In this document: positions 24,902 through 37,599 of the stretch, one piece after another
Numbering within the stretch: position 1 is the stretch's first letter
Layout of the letters: each line of letters begins with the position of its first letter
NCBI GenBank assembly: GCA_036867785.1
Contig: CP145410.1
Coordinates: 930,001-994,000, forward strand
DNA from: Plasmodiophora brassicae
Lineage: Eukaryota
DNA: 64,000 nt
Direction of reading: 5' to 3'
Translations under genes and position numbers: made by a program
The notes under the pieces: generated by a model
What the model was told of the DNA's origin: nothing
Databases searched by the model: none
The model's input: only the letters and a program-made list of their open reading frames with translations

Positions 24902-26059
24902 TTAGACGACCTGCTTATTCGTGTTGGATTCGAGACGATCTAGCAGCTTCTTGCGTTGGCGAACCTCGTCGTCGGTGAACAAAAGATCATCCACGTCGTC
25001 GCCTGACAATGCATCGAGGTCGATCGACCCGCTGCATGTTTCCTGGACGTGCGATACTTCCGAGATTGGTGCTTGTTTCCGGCCGCCGTACCTGGCAACG
25101 GCGTCTTGGTATTCTTGAACGACGGGATCCTCCGCGTTATTAGACGAGCTGATGCCCTGAAGCAATTCCAGGTTGTCCAAGATAGTGCCCAGCTGGGACG
25201 GCAGATTACGACGCGTGACCGACAACTCGATCGGTAGCTGGCTTGCAAGGCCCACCAACGCATTCTCAATATCAGCAACCCTCTCGCGAAGGCGTCGTTC
25301 GTTGACATCAAGCGCAGAAGCAAGGCGTTTCACAGGCGTCTGTTTCGCACTGAGCCTTACTCGAAGAGCAACCACGACAGCAGCACATGCCACGATCCTG
25401 GGTTGCCGTCCGCCACAGATGCCCGTTGCCCGAATCAAACCGATGATAGCTGTCGCACGTCGACCATCAGCGTATGTCCCGTTGACAGAGGCAACAGCGC
25501 GTCCGACTAGTCGAGCGGTGTCGAGATGATATTGGCGGGAAGGTAAGCGCAGCATGGCCCGAGACACCTCATGATGACCAGCGCCGGTGGCATCGGAAAC
25601 GTCTCTCGCGACGACCGGGAGTGACAGGCGTCGCGCAATCGAGTACAGGGCGGCCGTATCATCGGCAGTGGATGGCGATGTCGAAAACTGATTCGCAAGC
25701 GACATGGCCGAATCCGGTGCCCACGACGGCATTTGCAAGATCTGACATGCAGCCGATAATCGTTGCCGACGACGCATCGAACGGTTCTGGCCACGGTCGC
25801 TTAACGAAATACGTCGCGCGTCACGCGCGGCAGACTGTGACAGGCCTGCAACGGCCCCGAACCGGTTCGAGCAGAACACGCCACCGATGTGCGTCCCTTT
25901 GTCGACGTCGGACGGCGTCGGCGCCTGCATCGAAATGACGCTGGACGACAGCACGGCCCCGCATGACGTGCAGATGTACCCGCCAGCATTCTCCTCGTAC
26001 TCGGACGACGCGCCAGGCCCGCACGCTGGGCAGGACGGATCGCCAACGTCACCTTCCAT
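24902..26059 (-). CDS. TFIIB-related factor (BRF2/BRF-like TFIIIB subunit), intronless
   Basis: Zn ribbon CPACG..CTSCGAVL, cyclin-fold repeats with GRQP..VACAAV, and a C-terminal TBP-anchor-like DDVDDLLFTDDEVRQR. Confidence 0.75.
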   Translation of the reverse strand: MEGDVGDPSCPACGPGASSEYEENAGGYICTSCGAVLSSSVISMQAPTPSDVDKGTHIGGVFCSNRFGAVAGLSQSAARDARRISLSDRGQNRSMRRRQRLSAACQILQMPSWAPDSAMSLANQFSTSPSTADDTAALYSIARRLSLPVVARDVSDATGAGHHEVSRAMLRLPSRQYHLDTARLVGRAVASVNGTYADGRRATAIIGLIRATGICGGRQPRIVACAAVVVALRVRLSAKQTPVKRLASALDVNERRLRERVADIENALVGLASQLPIELSVTRRNLPSQLGTILDNLELLQGISSSNNAEDPVVQEYQDAVARYGGRKQAPISEVSHVQETCSGSIDLDALSGDDVDDLLFTDDEVRQRKKLLDRLESNTNKQVV

Positions 26060-26197
26060 CACTGACAACCATATCACGCAATTGGCGCGTCGCACAACTC
26101 CGTCGAACGTGCAGCTCGACACGGGCGACAGTCGCACATCCAATAGGTATGTAACCGTAGTCGCAGTGCGTTTATCGCTTCCCAGGGTCAGACGATT

Positions 26198-27786
26198 TCA
26201 AGCAGCTGCAGCTTCCAGTGCGATGCGCCGGGATCGTTCGGAGACATCCGGAGTCTCGTCGACGTCCGCTGCGAGATCGGGTGAGCGGTCAGCTGGGACG
26301 CGATGTTGATGCAGAATCTCGGGCATGGACTCGTGGGCTGATCTGAGGTTGATGACGATGATCCGGTTGTCGTCGAGCCCGATCCGGATGAACTCCTGCC
26401 CCCGACGATGGGCTGATTCGTACAGGTCCACGAAATGGCGCAGGTTTCGAACCCGATCATTGTCGACCGTGACAACTTGGAGATTCGTCAAGTCGGAGTA
26501 GCCCAGGTTGATCTGGTGAGTGAGCACTTGGGTCAAGACAACGATTTGTTCGTCAGGCTCTTTCAGTGTGGCATTCATGGAAAGGTCACAGAGCTTTCGC
26601 GGGCTCCGATTGTACCAATCGTCGCCGAATTCGTGCAAGTACGGCTGAATCAGCGGGCAGAAGACCAGGCCGGCCGCAATGAAGTACTGCGGTTGCTTGT
26701 CGTACTGATGCACGGGAACGACTTGCGGCTCCGGCCAGAGCGTCAGGTTCATCACGACCTCGGCGCCGTCGCGCCACACGGTGACTTCACAGGTTTCCTG
26801 GGCGTACTTCATCGAGATTAAATAGTCGAACGATATACGTTCACGACCACGCCAGTTGATGGTGCCATCGGTGCCGATTTCATGGCCGTCGAATGCGATC
26901 AGAACATCGTTCGGCTTGATGTATCCGGCGGCCGGAGATAAGGGTCGAACCTTGTTAACGAGAACTCCAACGCCAGGGCGGGGTAAACGAAGGAATGCAC
27001 GCAAGTCGGCGTTCTCAGTTGCCTGACACGTAACCCCAAGCGAGCAGAACCCGCCACCACAAGCGGGTCGCCGCGACTCTTCCAGGAAATGTTCAATGAT
27101 GGGAACAGGAATGATGAATCCACAATTTTCGTTTCCAACGTGAGACTGGAACGCGACGCCGGCAACCTTACCGTCCATGAAGGCCGGTCCGCCAGAATTG
27201 CCTGGGTTGATGGCCGCATCGATCTGGACAGCCAGCAGCGACGACGCCCCATGACAGTACTGTTGAGGCTCAACACGCGATACGACCCCCGACGTGACGC
27301 AGAGATTGTCACCACAGCTGGGGTACCCAGCAACCAGCACTCTGTCCTGCATGTTCGGTACGTCGCCTAGCTCCAGAGTGGGCATATCCTCCCAGAACTC
27401 GTCATCGGCGACTTCCAGCAGCGCCAGATCGCATTCGTGGTTGACATGTCGAGTGCGCGCATTGACCTTCTCGTGCGATCCATGTTTGCGAACCTGAATC
27501 CAGTTCTGATCAGCAACCACGTGGGCGTTCGTCACGATCCGTCGGTCGCTGAGAACGAATCCACTGCCTGTTGCTTCACGCTGTGGTTTCTTTTGCCACG
27601 GCAGCACCTGTACAGCACCGGCGGTTAACCGCGGGAGCGACGACCACACTGAAACGCAGCACCGACGTAATTCGGCGACGAGACCACAGAGTATACTTTG
27701 ACGACAGCGTCCAGTTGCGTATCGGTCGTATCTGAAAAGCGTCGGATGAGGCTGACTCCACGACAGACCCTGCGTAGCGCGTGCAT
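26198..27786 (-). CDS. Deg/HtrA serine protease with PDZ domains (plant DEG10-like, organellar)
   Basis: Presequence MHALRRVCRGVSLIRRFS, DAVVKV..PNY/LPWQ..GSGF, triad TNAHVV / CDLALL / INPGNSGGP, two PDZ-like regions. One intron at about 27612-27667. Confidence 0.92.
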
Positions 27787-27999
27787 TGCCGCGAAGCAGC
27801 GCTGTTCGGGCGGGTCGACGCGGACGCCGTGACGGGGTCCTCTTGGCCGCCCGTCAGAAATGGCGCATGCATACATACCTCGCAGTGGTCGGAATCGCCT
27901 GCCACCTACAGTATCTACTGCGCTTCACGTTCCAAAGGTGTGTGTTGGCGAATGTGGGGACGGGCCAGGGCGAATGCGGAACTGCAGTCACGGTATATA

Positions 28000-30900
28000 T
28001 TATCGTCCTGAGCGGTGGGGTAGTGGCGGCGACGTGGTTCGCGTGGCCAGCTTGGCGGTGGAGGGCGGCCGGTCTTGCAGGACGGTTGGCGTGGCAGTGA
28101 TCTTCAGGCCAGGGACGCGGGCTGATCGTCGGGTATAGGATGAGGCGGACGTCATGGATGACCGGGGGCGTTCGCTGAGGCTGCCCTTCGACGCCGATGT
28201 CGGTCGCCATGGCGTCAGGGCAACTTGGTCGAGGCCGATGCGGGCCCTGGGTTTCTGGCACGATGCCGCCCGGGTTGACATGCCCGGTGTTTGTGCTAGG
28301 CTCGTCGTATCACCGGGTTCACCGTGTTTGCTAAGTTCCGTGTCAAACCATTCGAGGTTGCGAAGCCGCGCGCATTTGTCCATTAGCGTCGCTTGCTCCG
28401 CTCGCATCCCCGACATCTCTTCGATGAGTTCAGCATTTAGACCACGCTGCCTGCGAAGGTCCTCAGCAGTCGCAGTTAGCCTGTGGCCATTTCATTGTCA
28501 GTATCGATGTCAAGGTAGAAGGCAGCGCGACCACGATTTACTCTGCTTCCTGTCCAGCGCTGGCCTCCTCCAGCTGGGCGATTCTCTCCCGCATTGAGAG
28601 TACTTCTGCTATGGCGTCGCCCTTTGCACGACGCTCGGCGATGAGCGCGCTCTCACACAGCTTCAGCTTCTGCCGACTATTTCAGACGACGCGTCCCAGT
28701 TCCGACTCACATCTGACGAACCTTTGTAAGGTATGCTTGGGATCCAGGCGTGCCTTCAGTCGCGTTCCTGTCGGTCGTCATGCGCTGAAGCGCCTGTGAC
28801 AGTGGTCGCCCTGTTACGACACGTGCGAATCCGACACAATCTCCAAACTTACCCTTTCGGCCCGGCGGACGCGATTGATCAAAGCAGTCACGTCGACATC
28901 TTTCAGGTCAGAGAACTTCTGGACGTCGTTCTCCAAGTCAGTCACGTGCCTTTCGTTCTTCGCTTTCCAGGCGAGCAGCTTGCGTCGATCACGTTGGCAT
29001 GCCTCCAGGTCTTGCTTGATGGTCGTCATGGAGTCTCGCGTGAGTTTCAGAGCATTCTTCTCGTCAACAAGCTGTTTGAGCAAGATTTTCTCGCGAGCGC
29101 GGGCTTGTTCCAGGGCTTCGAAAAGCTCACGAGCCTCGACTGCTTTTTCGTTCGATTTCTTGATCTGTGCGTCGATTCGCGCCTGGAGAGTCACTTCTTT
29201 CATCTCGAACAGCGTTTTCATGCGCAGCATCGCTCTTTGCATTTCGACCCGCTCGGCCTTGGAAGCCGCTTCTTCGGTGAATGCCCGAACGACTTCCAGC
29301 GTTGCGCGTTTGGTCTGGAATGGGACACGTTTGGAATCTACCACGCCCAGCAGTGCCTGTCTTCGAACGTCCCCGATGCCGCTGGCGACTTGTTTCTTCA
29401 GGTCGCTTTTGTACAAGCGGAACTTGCTTTCGACGAGCACCAACTGCGCCTTAAGCGAACGAATCTCGTTCTGGAACTCGGTCTGGACTTGCTCTCGAAC
29501 TTGCGACGCCATTTCGGCAATGCGCTCTCGTACACGACGCTCTCTGTGCCGAAGTTGTTCCAGCTCAAGGATAGCACTGAAGTGCGCGTCAATGACGCCT
29601 CGACTGATTTTCCATTCGGCGTTATCTCGCTCATCTTTCAGGGCCCGTTCCAGCCGACGGTTCTCGCTCTCCACAAGTCTCAGTCGGTGAAGCATTGTCT
29701 TTCGCGCCGCAGCCCATGTTTCGTGTGTTTCGTGCGCGGCTCCTTCATCACCGCGAAGAACCGCTCCCGCTAGACGCGCCAGTGCTGTCTGCACGTCGTT
29801 CACCGCCAGGACTATCTTGGCTCTCAGCCGTCCATCCTTGGTTGCCACGTGTTCTTTGCCGTCCCCGGATTGCAGGCCGCTCGGTATGGCGACGCTCTTC
29901 AAGTCCTCGACGAACTGGCGAATGAATTCCAAGCGCGCAGGAGGCATGGCAGATGCCGCCGCTTTCGCGTTATCTGATGGGCTTGCCAGTGCCCGGGTGT
30001 GCATGCGAGCCTCTATCACATCCAGTGCATGCATTTCTCGTTGAAGGGCGGACTGCAGCACGACCCGAATGCGGTCGAGATCGTCGGGATCTTGGAACGT
30101 CAAGAACAGCGCCGGGGATGTCCCGATAAGCGATGCATCGCCGGCCCGCTTCGACAAGGCAGCAAATTCGGTTTTCAGTACGGCATCAGGAGCCGTCGGA
30201 CCCCCCGTCCCGTCTCCAAGATCAGCAAGAGCACCCGGACGACGTTCCTGCAAGGCACTCAGCGGCCCAAGCTCTTCAGTGGCAAGAGTCGCAAGCTCTT
30301 GAACCGGAGCCGCCTTAGCCTTCACCGCCGTCCATGGCCGCAGCAAATCGGGTGAATAACGTCGGAGTGTGCAAACGTAATCATGCAGGCGAAGCGTGAC
30401 GTGGACTTCACTCAGGAAAGCGACCCGTTTCGCAAGCGACCCGAGCCCTGCGATCCTGTGTTGAATTCTTCGGTAGTGTACGTCAATCTCTTCGCGAACA
30501 TCCTGGTCTAGCGAATGCAAGGCGACACACATGCCTTCCGCATCGTCGGCGTCCACATGATGGAACATGCTCGAGTCGGGCGGTTGCAGTGGCGAATCAG
30601 CACGGCAGCGCCGAAGAAGACGCAGCTGATAGAGCACGAGGGCAACGTGCTCGGCAATGACATTCGCCGACCGTCTCGCGTTGGCCATGTGCAGGGCGCC
30701 CTCTTCATCCATGATCAAGTCGTTGTTGACGTCATTGAGAGCGATCCGCAGATGACGGGTGGTCCTCGCATCCCGCCATCGTGCATTTGGCGTTACTTGG
30801 GACTTTGGCGTGATCATCGGCGCTGATTCCTTCGAAAGGCATTCGACTGATGAAATTGCCCCTGCCAAGCGAATCAGCCCTCGTACAGCCAGGGCCTCTT

Positions 30901-33900
30901 GCTCGACGTCATCAGCGGTCACAGAATCCAAGACCCCGCCGCCACTTGTGAACTCGTTCAGCAGGTCAATACCGCGACACAGGTTCCAGACCCGATGGCG
31001 CTCGGCTGTGGGTCCCCTTGAGAAGGGGGTGGATGCTGGCGACAAGGTCGAGTCAACATGGGCAGCTAACTGATCACATGCCAACATAAGGTCGCCAATT
31101 AGAACAGGCGTTCGCAACGACGGCAACAACTGTCTGCTGAGCTGGACGACAGACTGAAGCAATCGATCTGCCGCGGCGTCCAGCCGCGATCGAAGCCTGG
31201 GGAGGTGGGCGTCGTCGGATAGCTGCCGACGAAGCCGCCCGAGCACGTCTGCTGATAAGCCTGCCAGGGACAGAACCGAGTTCTGTGCCAGCAACGACGT
31301 TGATGAGGTCGCGCGTACTGTCGTAAGCGTGTCATGGTGCTTGACGACGAGACCCAGGGCGGCAAGAAAGATCCGCTGCAGGGCGGCCATGCCGGCGAAC
31401 GCCCGTATGGAAGTTTCGACGGTATCAGGCGACGCGTTATTGGACGAGAAACAGTCATCAACGAGTGCGTCAACCGGGAAGCCGACCGACTGCGCGATAA
31501 ACCCGCTCACGCCCACCAGATCCGGTTCTGCTTGCCCCGTGACGACCGTTCGAGCGCTCTGCCCTGTAATGATGGATGCGCAGATATCGCTTTCGACAAC
31601 GGCATCGATAAGTATCATTCGGGCATCCACTAGTCGCAGGAACTGAAGCTTGGCACGGATGGGGTCCTGCGACGAATTGGAGAGGGCCATTGTCGGTGCC
31701 GACGGAAGTGCCTCCGTCCTGGCAAGAAACCTCGGGTCGAATTCAAGCGAAGGAAGGGGGCCATGGTGCGTTTCCAGACGGTGCAGGCGCCATAGATGCA
31801 GGGCGTGCTCGAGAATCGCAATGGAGACATGCTGGACCTCAGCCACTGAAGTCGGTAACCTGGAGTTCAGGCGGCGCCAAACGTCATGCACGTTGTCGCA
31901 TCGCGCCTCGATGCAATCCAGCAGGTCTACAATCCATAACGTTCGCTTGCACAGATCCCTGCCGCAGTCGCACTGGTAAGTTGACGGTCACCGACGAGAG
32001 ACGAGCGACTCACAGCAGCGCAACAGGGCGAACCGAATGCGGCAACAGGTACACGCGCCCGGCACCATAGTCGTCTGACGTGGACGGGGCCTCGGCGTCC
32101 ATGTGCATTTCGAGAATTTCCCGAATCAGCTGTGCCTGCACCCGCAGGGCAGTCGTGTCCCTTGCATAGTGCTTGGCAAAGTATGCCGCGTCCAGGTCCA
32201 CACATGGTCGGCGCTCCATCAGGGCAATGATGCGACCAGCGATTGCCCCGAGCGCGTCTCGGTCGACGACGTGCTCGTAGACCTCCAGCAGCGCCATCGC
32301 CAGGTCGACCTTGGCCGACTGGAACTCCATCTCCGACGACATCAGGTCCAGCAACAGCTTCGCCCGATCGCATTGCGCTGACGATTGCGCCGACGTTACG
32401 ACATCCTGCTTCTTCTTCTGCTCTCCGTTATGGGCATCATCATCATCAACGGGCTCGCCCTCAGGCGTGACCTCAATACCGTCACCCTCATCCGAGCGCG
32501 GAGGTCGGTCCGTTTCACAGGCCTGGTCGGCACCGGCAACATCGGCGCGGCCAAGAAACGACGTTCCGATCAGGAGAAGGTCGCGTTTGATATCCCGTAG
32601 GTCGTCCAGCGCAGCATCATAGATGATCGGTATGCCATCGGCATCACGAACACGAAGGTCGGCGCCTGCGGTATCGGTGACGGTGGCACCATCGTCAACG
32701 ATCGCCTCGAACGTGTCGTCGCGCGTCTCTAGCCCTTCGTACTGCATGAACGTGTCCTCGTCGATGATGAAATCGCGAGGAAACGGTTGTACCAGGGTGC
32801 CGGGCGTCGTCGAGGGCGCTCCTTTGGCTCGATAATGCAGTTGCATGCGGTCCTCGCGTGCGAACCCGCCAATGGCGTCGATGGTAATGCGACGCTGGAT
32901 GGCCCTGAGGACGTTCAGCCTCCGAAGCAGTTGCAACTCGACGCGACGCGTCAGTGCCGCGCGAAGCAGGTGCATAGCGGCGAACTTCTGCACAACGGGC
33001 GTCTCGTCTCGTGCCGCAAACGTTGTTGCTGTTGTTGCCGGTGACGTATCGTCTGGGCTGGTCGTTGCCGCCGCATGGCTTTCTGATTCTGACTGATTTC
33101 GTTGTAGTTCGATGCGGTCGACGTACGCCTTGGCGGTCTGTAGGCAGCGCTGGTCAGCGTCCAGGTCGTCCTGCTGGTCCACGGCCATGGCCGCCGACAG
33201 TAGCAGCTGATCGGTGGCACCCAGACCGACCAGCCTCGCCTTACGGGCGATCTCACCCGGCAACGGCATCATCATCGTCGCGAACGTCTGCCTGAGATCA
33301 GGGATCCAGGTGGCGTGCTTCACCCGGAGCAACGACGCATTCCCAGACCCCGCCTCGGCGTCGTACTCGATGGTTCGACGCTCATCGGCGACGCGTTTCG
33401 TGACGTTCTGGGAGATGGCGCGGGCGGCCGACAACAGGCGATGAGCGTTGGATAAGTCGGGCGGCGTCCCCGTGGCAAGGCGAGCGAACAGGTCTCCGAG
33501 TTCGGCGCTCAACGCCTTGTCGTCTGTGACGACGATCATGGGGGCGCTGGTCTCCCGACCGTTCGCGTCTGTGAGTCGCTCGCGGATCGTGTCGACGATT
33601 TGCTGACCGGCGCCATAGACCATCCACTTCAACCGCAACAGGAACCGGCGCGCGTGCGCCACATGCGCGTCGCGGTCGTTGCAATCTCGGACGAGCTCGT
33701 CGACGTCATCGGGCATGACGACGTCGCTGTGCCGCAGACGGTCACGACGACGACGGCAGTCGTAGTACTCGTTCGCCAGGTTCACCATCGTGTCCGTTAG
33801 GGTGTTCCCCAGGCGCTCGATGCACTCGGCGTTCGTCGAGAACGTGTTCCACCGCACCAGCAAACGGTACTTCGTCAGCGCGATGGAGGACATCTTGGAC

Positions 33901-34343
33901 GCGAAGAACGCGTGCAAGCGCTCCTTCAGCTTCGCCATGTCGGGCTTCTCGCTGATGCTCTCCAATGCCTGCGCTGGGGGTATCAGTGTCGTCACCGCCA
34001 ACCGTCAGCATCGCCCTCCCACCGCCTCGACTTCCTTGTTTGCTCGGACCCACGTCGTGACTTCGTTGGCGGGCTCGATGACGACCTCATCGGGGCGGGT
34101 CAGTCGCTCCAGGATCTCGCGGCGTCGTTCCCGGCACTGATCGGGGTTGGGCACCGGCCGCTCCACCATCGTCGACGCTATGGCCGGCAGGTTGCTCTCC
34201 AGACTGCCTGGATCGTCCAGCGCCAGGCCATGGTCTTCGACGGCGACCCGCGCCTCGCTGGTGGCACGTGTCAGCTCCACATCCAGGACGGCCCTGATGC
34301 TGTTGTCCAGGTCGGCGACCGTCATCCGGCGCGTGCTCGCCAT
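28000..34343 (-). CDS. Very large coiled-coil protein (CCDC162/DUF4549-like), multi-exon
   Basis: Consecutive same-strand ORFs (112, 663, 1025 and 138 aa) separated by short introns. The N-terminal block LHAFFASKM..KYRLLVRW..F...EYYDCRRRRDRL resembles DUF4549 as recalled. Long C-terminal coiled coil. Confidence 0.7.
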
Positions 34344-34378
34344 GGCCGGTCAGGCGGGCGCGCCGATCACAATTACGG

Positions 34379-34398
34379 GTACGTACGTACGTACGTAC
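34379..34398. repeat. Self-complementary (GTAC)5 microsatellite
   Basis: gtacgtacgtacgtacgtac, 35 bp upstream of the CCDC162-like ATG, in the divergent spacer shared with the MAPK. Confidence 0.9.
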
Positions 34399-34736
34399 AC
34401 TAATGGCACCCCATGTCGATCTGGTAATCGTTAGAGGCGGGACGGACGGCGGGTCCACTATAGAGGTACTACCTCTGTGTGTGCTGGTCCGGCAAGATTC
34501 TGCTGGCGTTGCGCAGAGACGGATTCGACAGGGCGCGCGAGGGCACACGCGACCCCCGAAGATATCATCTCGAGTATGGTGGACGCGCGATCCCATACCG
34601 ATTTGCGGGGTGTCGGGTGTGTGTGGGTGTCGCTTCGTGCTCTCGGAGGAGGGTCACGTGTGCTGCGTCATCCGTCGTCGCGAACCGCTGGTGGCCCCGC
34701 CGTTACCGCGGCCCGCTGCCCTTCCCAGCATTGCTA

Positions 34737-36171
34737 ATGTCTGATTCGACGCCAGCCGTCGACGAGACCGTCACTGGGTCCACCTCCCGACCCACATTGT
34801 CGAATGCGGCCGAACCGTCGACGGGCGGTGCATCGCCGCCGGCCGCCACGCCCAACTGGAACGAGCGGCATCAGTTCTCTGCGTCCGGGACACAGTTCCT
34901 TGTCGATAAGCAGTACACGCCGGTGAAGTCGATCGGGTCGGGCGCCTACGGCATCGTCTGTTCGGCCATGGACACGGTGACGCAGAAGAAGATCGCCATC
35001 AAGAAGATCAGCGCCGCGTTCGACGACCTCATTGACGCCAAGCGCATCCTTCGCGAGATCAAACTGCTGTCGCACTTCAAGCACGACAACGTCATCAGGT
35101 GCTGGCGTTTCGCTCCAGTCGACCATGCGAGGCGCTGACGATGGTGGCAGGTTGGTCGACATGGTGAACCCGTTGACGGCGGCCCAGTTTGACGACGTGT
35201 ACATGGTGATGGAGTGCATGGAGACCGACCTGCACAAGATCATCTATTCGAAGAACGAGCTCACGGATGAGCATTGCCAGTACTTCATCTATCAGATCCT
35301 GCGCGCCATGAAATACGTCCACTCCAGCAACGTTATTCACCGGGACCTTGTCAGTCGTCGTCCTGGCCGGCTGCCTCCGAGGCAGATGCTCTGACGGGTG
35401 GCTCCCTCGTATCAGAAACCAAGCAACCTGCTGCTAAACGGAAACTGCGACCTAAAAGTCTGCGACTTTGGCCTGGCAAGAGGCACGAACGACAAGGACG
35501 ACTACGAGCTGACCGAGTACGTTGTCACACGCTGGTACAGAGCGCCCGAGATCATGTGTGCCTGTCAAGACTACGATCGGAAGAGTACGTGGCAACTGGC
35601 GCGTGTCGTTTGCCGACGTTTTCTGACGCTCCAGGTCAGTCGACGTGTGGTCGATCGGGTGCATCTTTGGCGAGATCCTGGGCCGGAAACCGCTTTTCCC
35701 TGGCGACAACTACATTCACCAGCTGAACCTGATCTTCGGGACTCTAGGGACGCCCAGCGATGCCGACCTGGACTGGATCACCAATGCCAAGGCGCTGCAG
35801 TACATTAAGAACCTGAAGAAGAAGCCGTCCATGCCGTTCGAGCGGGTATATCCCAAGGCGCCGCCTCAGGGTGAGATCGGCCGGCCTTCCATGTTTATTC
35901 GTCGGAGCGACTCACTGCCACCATGCTGACAACAGCAATCGACCTGCTATCCAAGATGTTGGTGTTCAACCCAGCGAATCGGATCTCCGTTGAGGACGCG
36001 CTGGCGCACCCGTACTTGAAGGCGCTGCACAACCCCAAAGACGAGCCCATTTGCCCCACGACGTTCGACTTTGAATTCGAGAAGCAGGCCAACACGAAGG
36101 TTGGCATCCAGAAGCTAATGTTTGAGGAAATCGAGAAATTCAGGCCCGGTGTCGTCAACCCGATCCTGTGA
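34737..36171 (+). CDS. Mitogen-activated protein kinase (TEY type), 5 exons
   Basis: [67 protein letters not shown]. Confidence 0.96.
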
Positions 36172-36302
36172 GACGCGGTCATGCGCGCGTCAACAAACAC
36201 GAACGCACCGCCCAGTGATGACGGCAATACACGTATGCAAACTCCCATTCCGGAGAACGTGTATAAACAATGGACTTGTACGGACGAGGTCACGGCCTGA
36301 GC

Positions 36303-36950
36303 TCAGGCATCGGAGCGAGCGCCGCGTTGTGTCTCGATGGCCTGAAGTCTAGCGGGCCCGGGAATGATCTCCACGAGGTCGCATATGACGAATCCGTCGG
36401 CGGTCACGAGGCGGTTCACACGACCGTACACGAATTCGTCGTCGTCGTCCTTGGTCAGGCCTAGCATGGAGTCGATAAGCGGGTCGCGACGACACTGCAG
36501 ATAGTCGTGCGGGTCGCTGTGCTGGTCAATGCCAAACTCGATGAGCATAGTCCCAAGCGGGGCCGCACCTTCGATTATTCTGCACGCACCGTTTAATACA
36601 GATCAGCTGGCAGTGTTGGACGCGACCGACCTGTCGTGTAGGTCTTCCGGCAGTGAATCCAGGTGGATCACGACGGATGACAGCTCGACGGGGATGCCAT
36701 CACATTCCAGTGTTATAACCCGGCTGAGCTTGTAATCCTGCAGCGACAAACGTTTGGCGTGAACATGAAGAGTGGCCGGCGCGCCAACGAACGCCTCCAG
36801 CATCGGCGTCATGTTGCGTCGGTGGTGGAGCAGTTGCCGGCAGGGTTCCGGCAGTGCCTCCGGTCCGACAATCGTGACGGGCGGGGCCGGCTCCAGGCCC
36901 CGCTCGGCGTACACGTCCTGAAACCGGCCCATAACCGACACGGCCGCCAT
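36303..36950 (-). CDS. Chorismate-lyase (UbiC)-like fold protein, bacterial-type; 2 exons
   Basis: LLHHRRNMTPMLE, SRVITL..PVE, I.EG..PLG.ML, YGR..RL..G..ICDLVEIIP match the UbiC-like motif layout. One intron at about 36585-36630. Confidence 0.65.
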
Positions 36951-37253
36951 CACGTTACACTTATTATGCCACACGCGCACCCCGATCCGACCCCAGCGCC
37001 CACCACGTCACTCCCGTTCCCGCCGCCGCCGCATGCATTGATGCCTAATCGGGCGCATCCGCGGACACCACCCTACCGCCGGCAAGTGCACGCCGCCAAC
37101 AGGAGGAACTCCGTAGGCGCGAGTGCACACGCCCCCCGAGACGTCTCCCCGGAGGGCGACGTCGTCCCGCGCGCGCCAAACAGTCTGCACTGCCGTATAG
37201 GAGCTGCAGCCGGCGCGGATGGCCGGAGCCAAACTGCGTCGGAGGTCGGCGTG

Positions 37254-37544
37254 ATGGACGACGAAAATACGGCGCCCTGCGATCTGGATGGCGTCGACTA
37301 CGTGCTGGTCGGTGCGGCCGCACCGCCCAGCGTCGTCGTGACAGGGCAGCAGGGCAAGCGAGGCAGCTGCAGAACGCGATGGGCGCGGACGCGGGCCTGG
37401 TTCTGCGCGGCGCTCGGTGATGATTTCCCGGGCGGTCCGATTCCGTTTGCCGCCGTCGCATGCGCCGCCGTCGTTGGCGCCCTGATGTTGGTCGGCTCCA
37501 CGCTCCTGGTCGACGCGTACCGCGATCGGCAATATGCCACGTAG
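37254..37544 (+). CDS. Small hypothetical protein with a C-terminal TM helix
   Basis: MDDENTAPCD...PIPFAAVACAAVVGALMLVGSTLLVDAYRDRQYAT*. Confidence 0.5.
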   Translation: MDDENTAPCDLDGVDYVLVGAAAPPSVVVTGQQGKRGSCRTRWARTRAWFCAALGDDFPGGPIPFAAVACAAVVGALMLVGSTLLVDAYRDRQYAT

Positions 37545-37599
37545 TGACCGTTTGTCTGTACATACATAATATTGTGCATTGGGTTGGGCCGTGCCCCCT

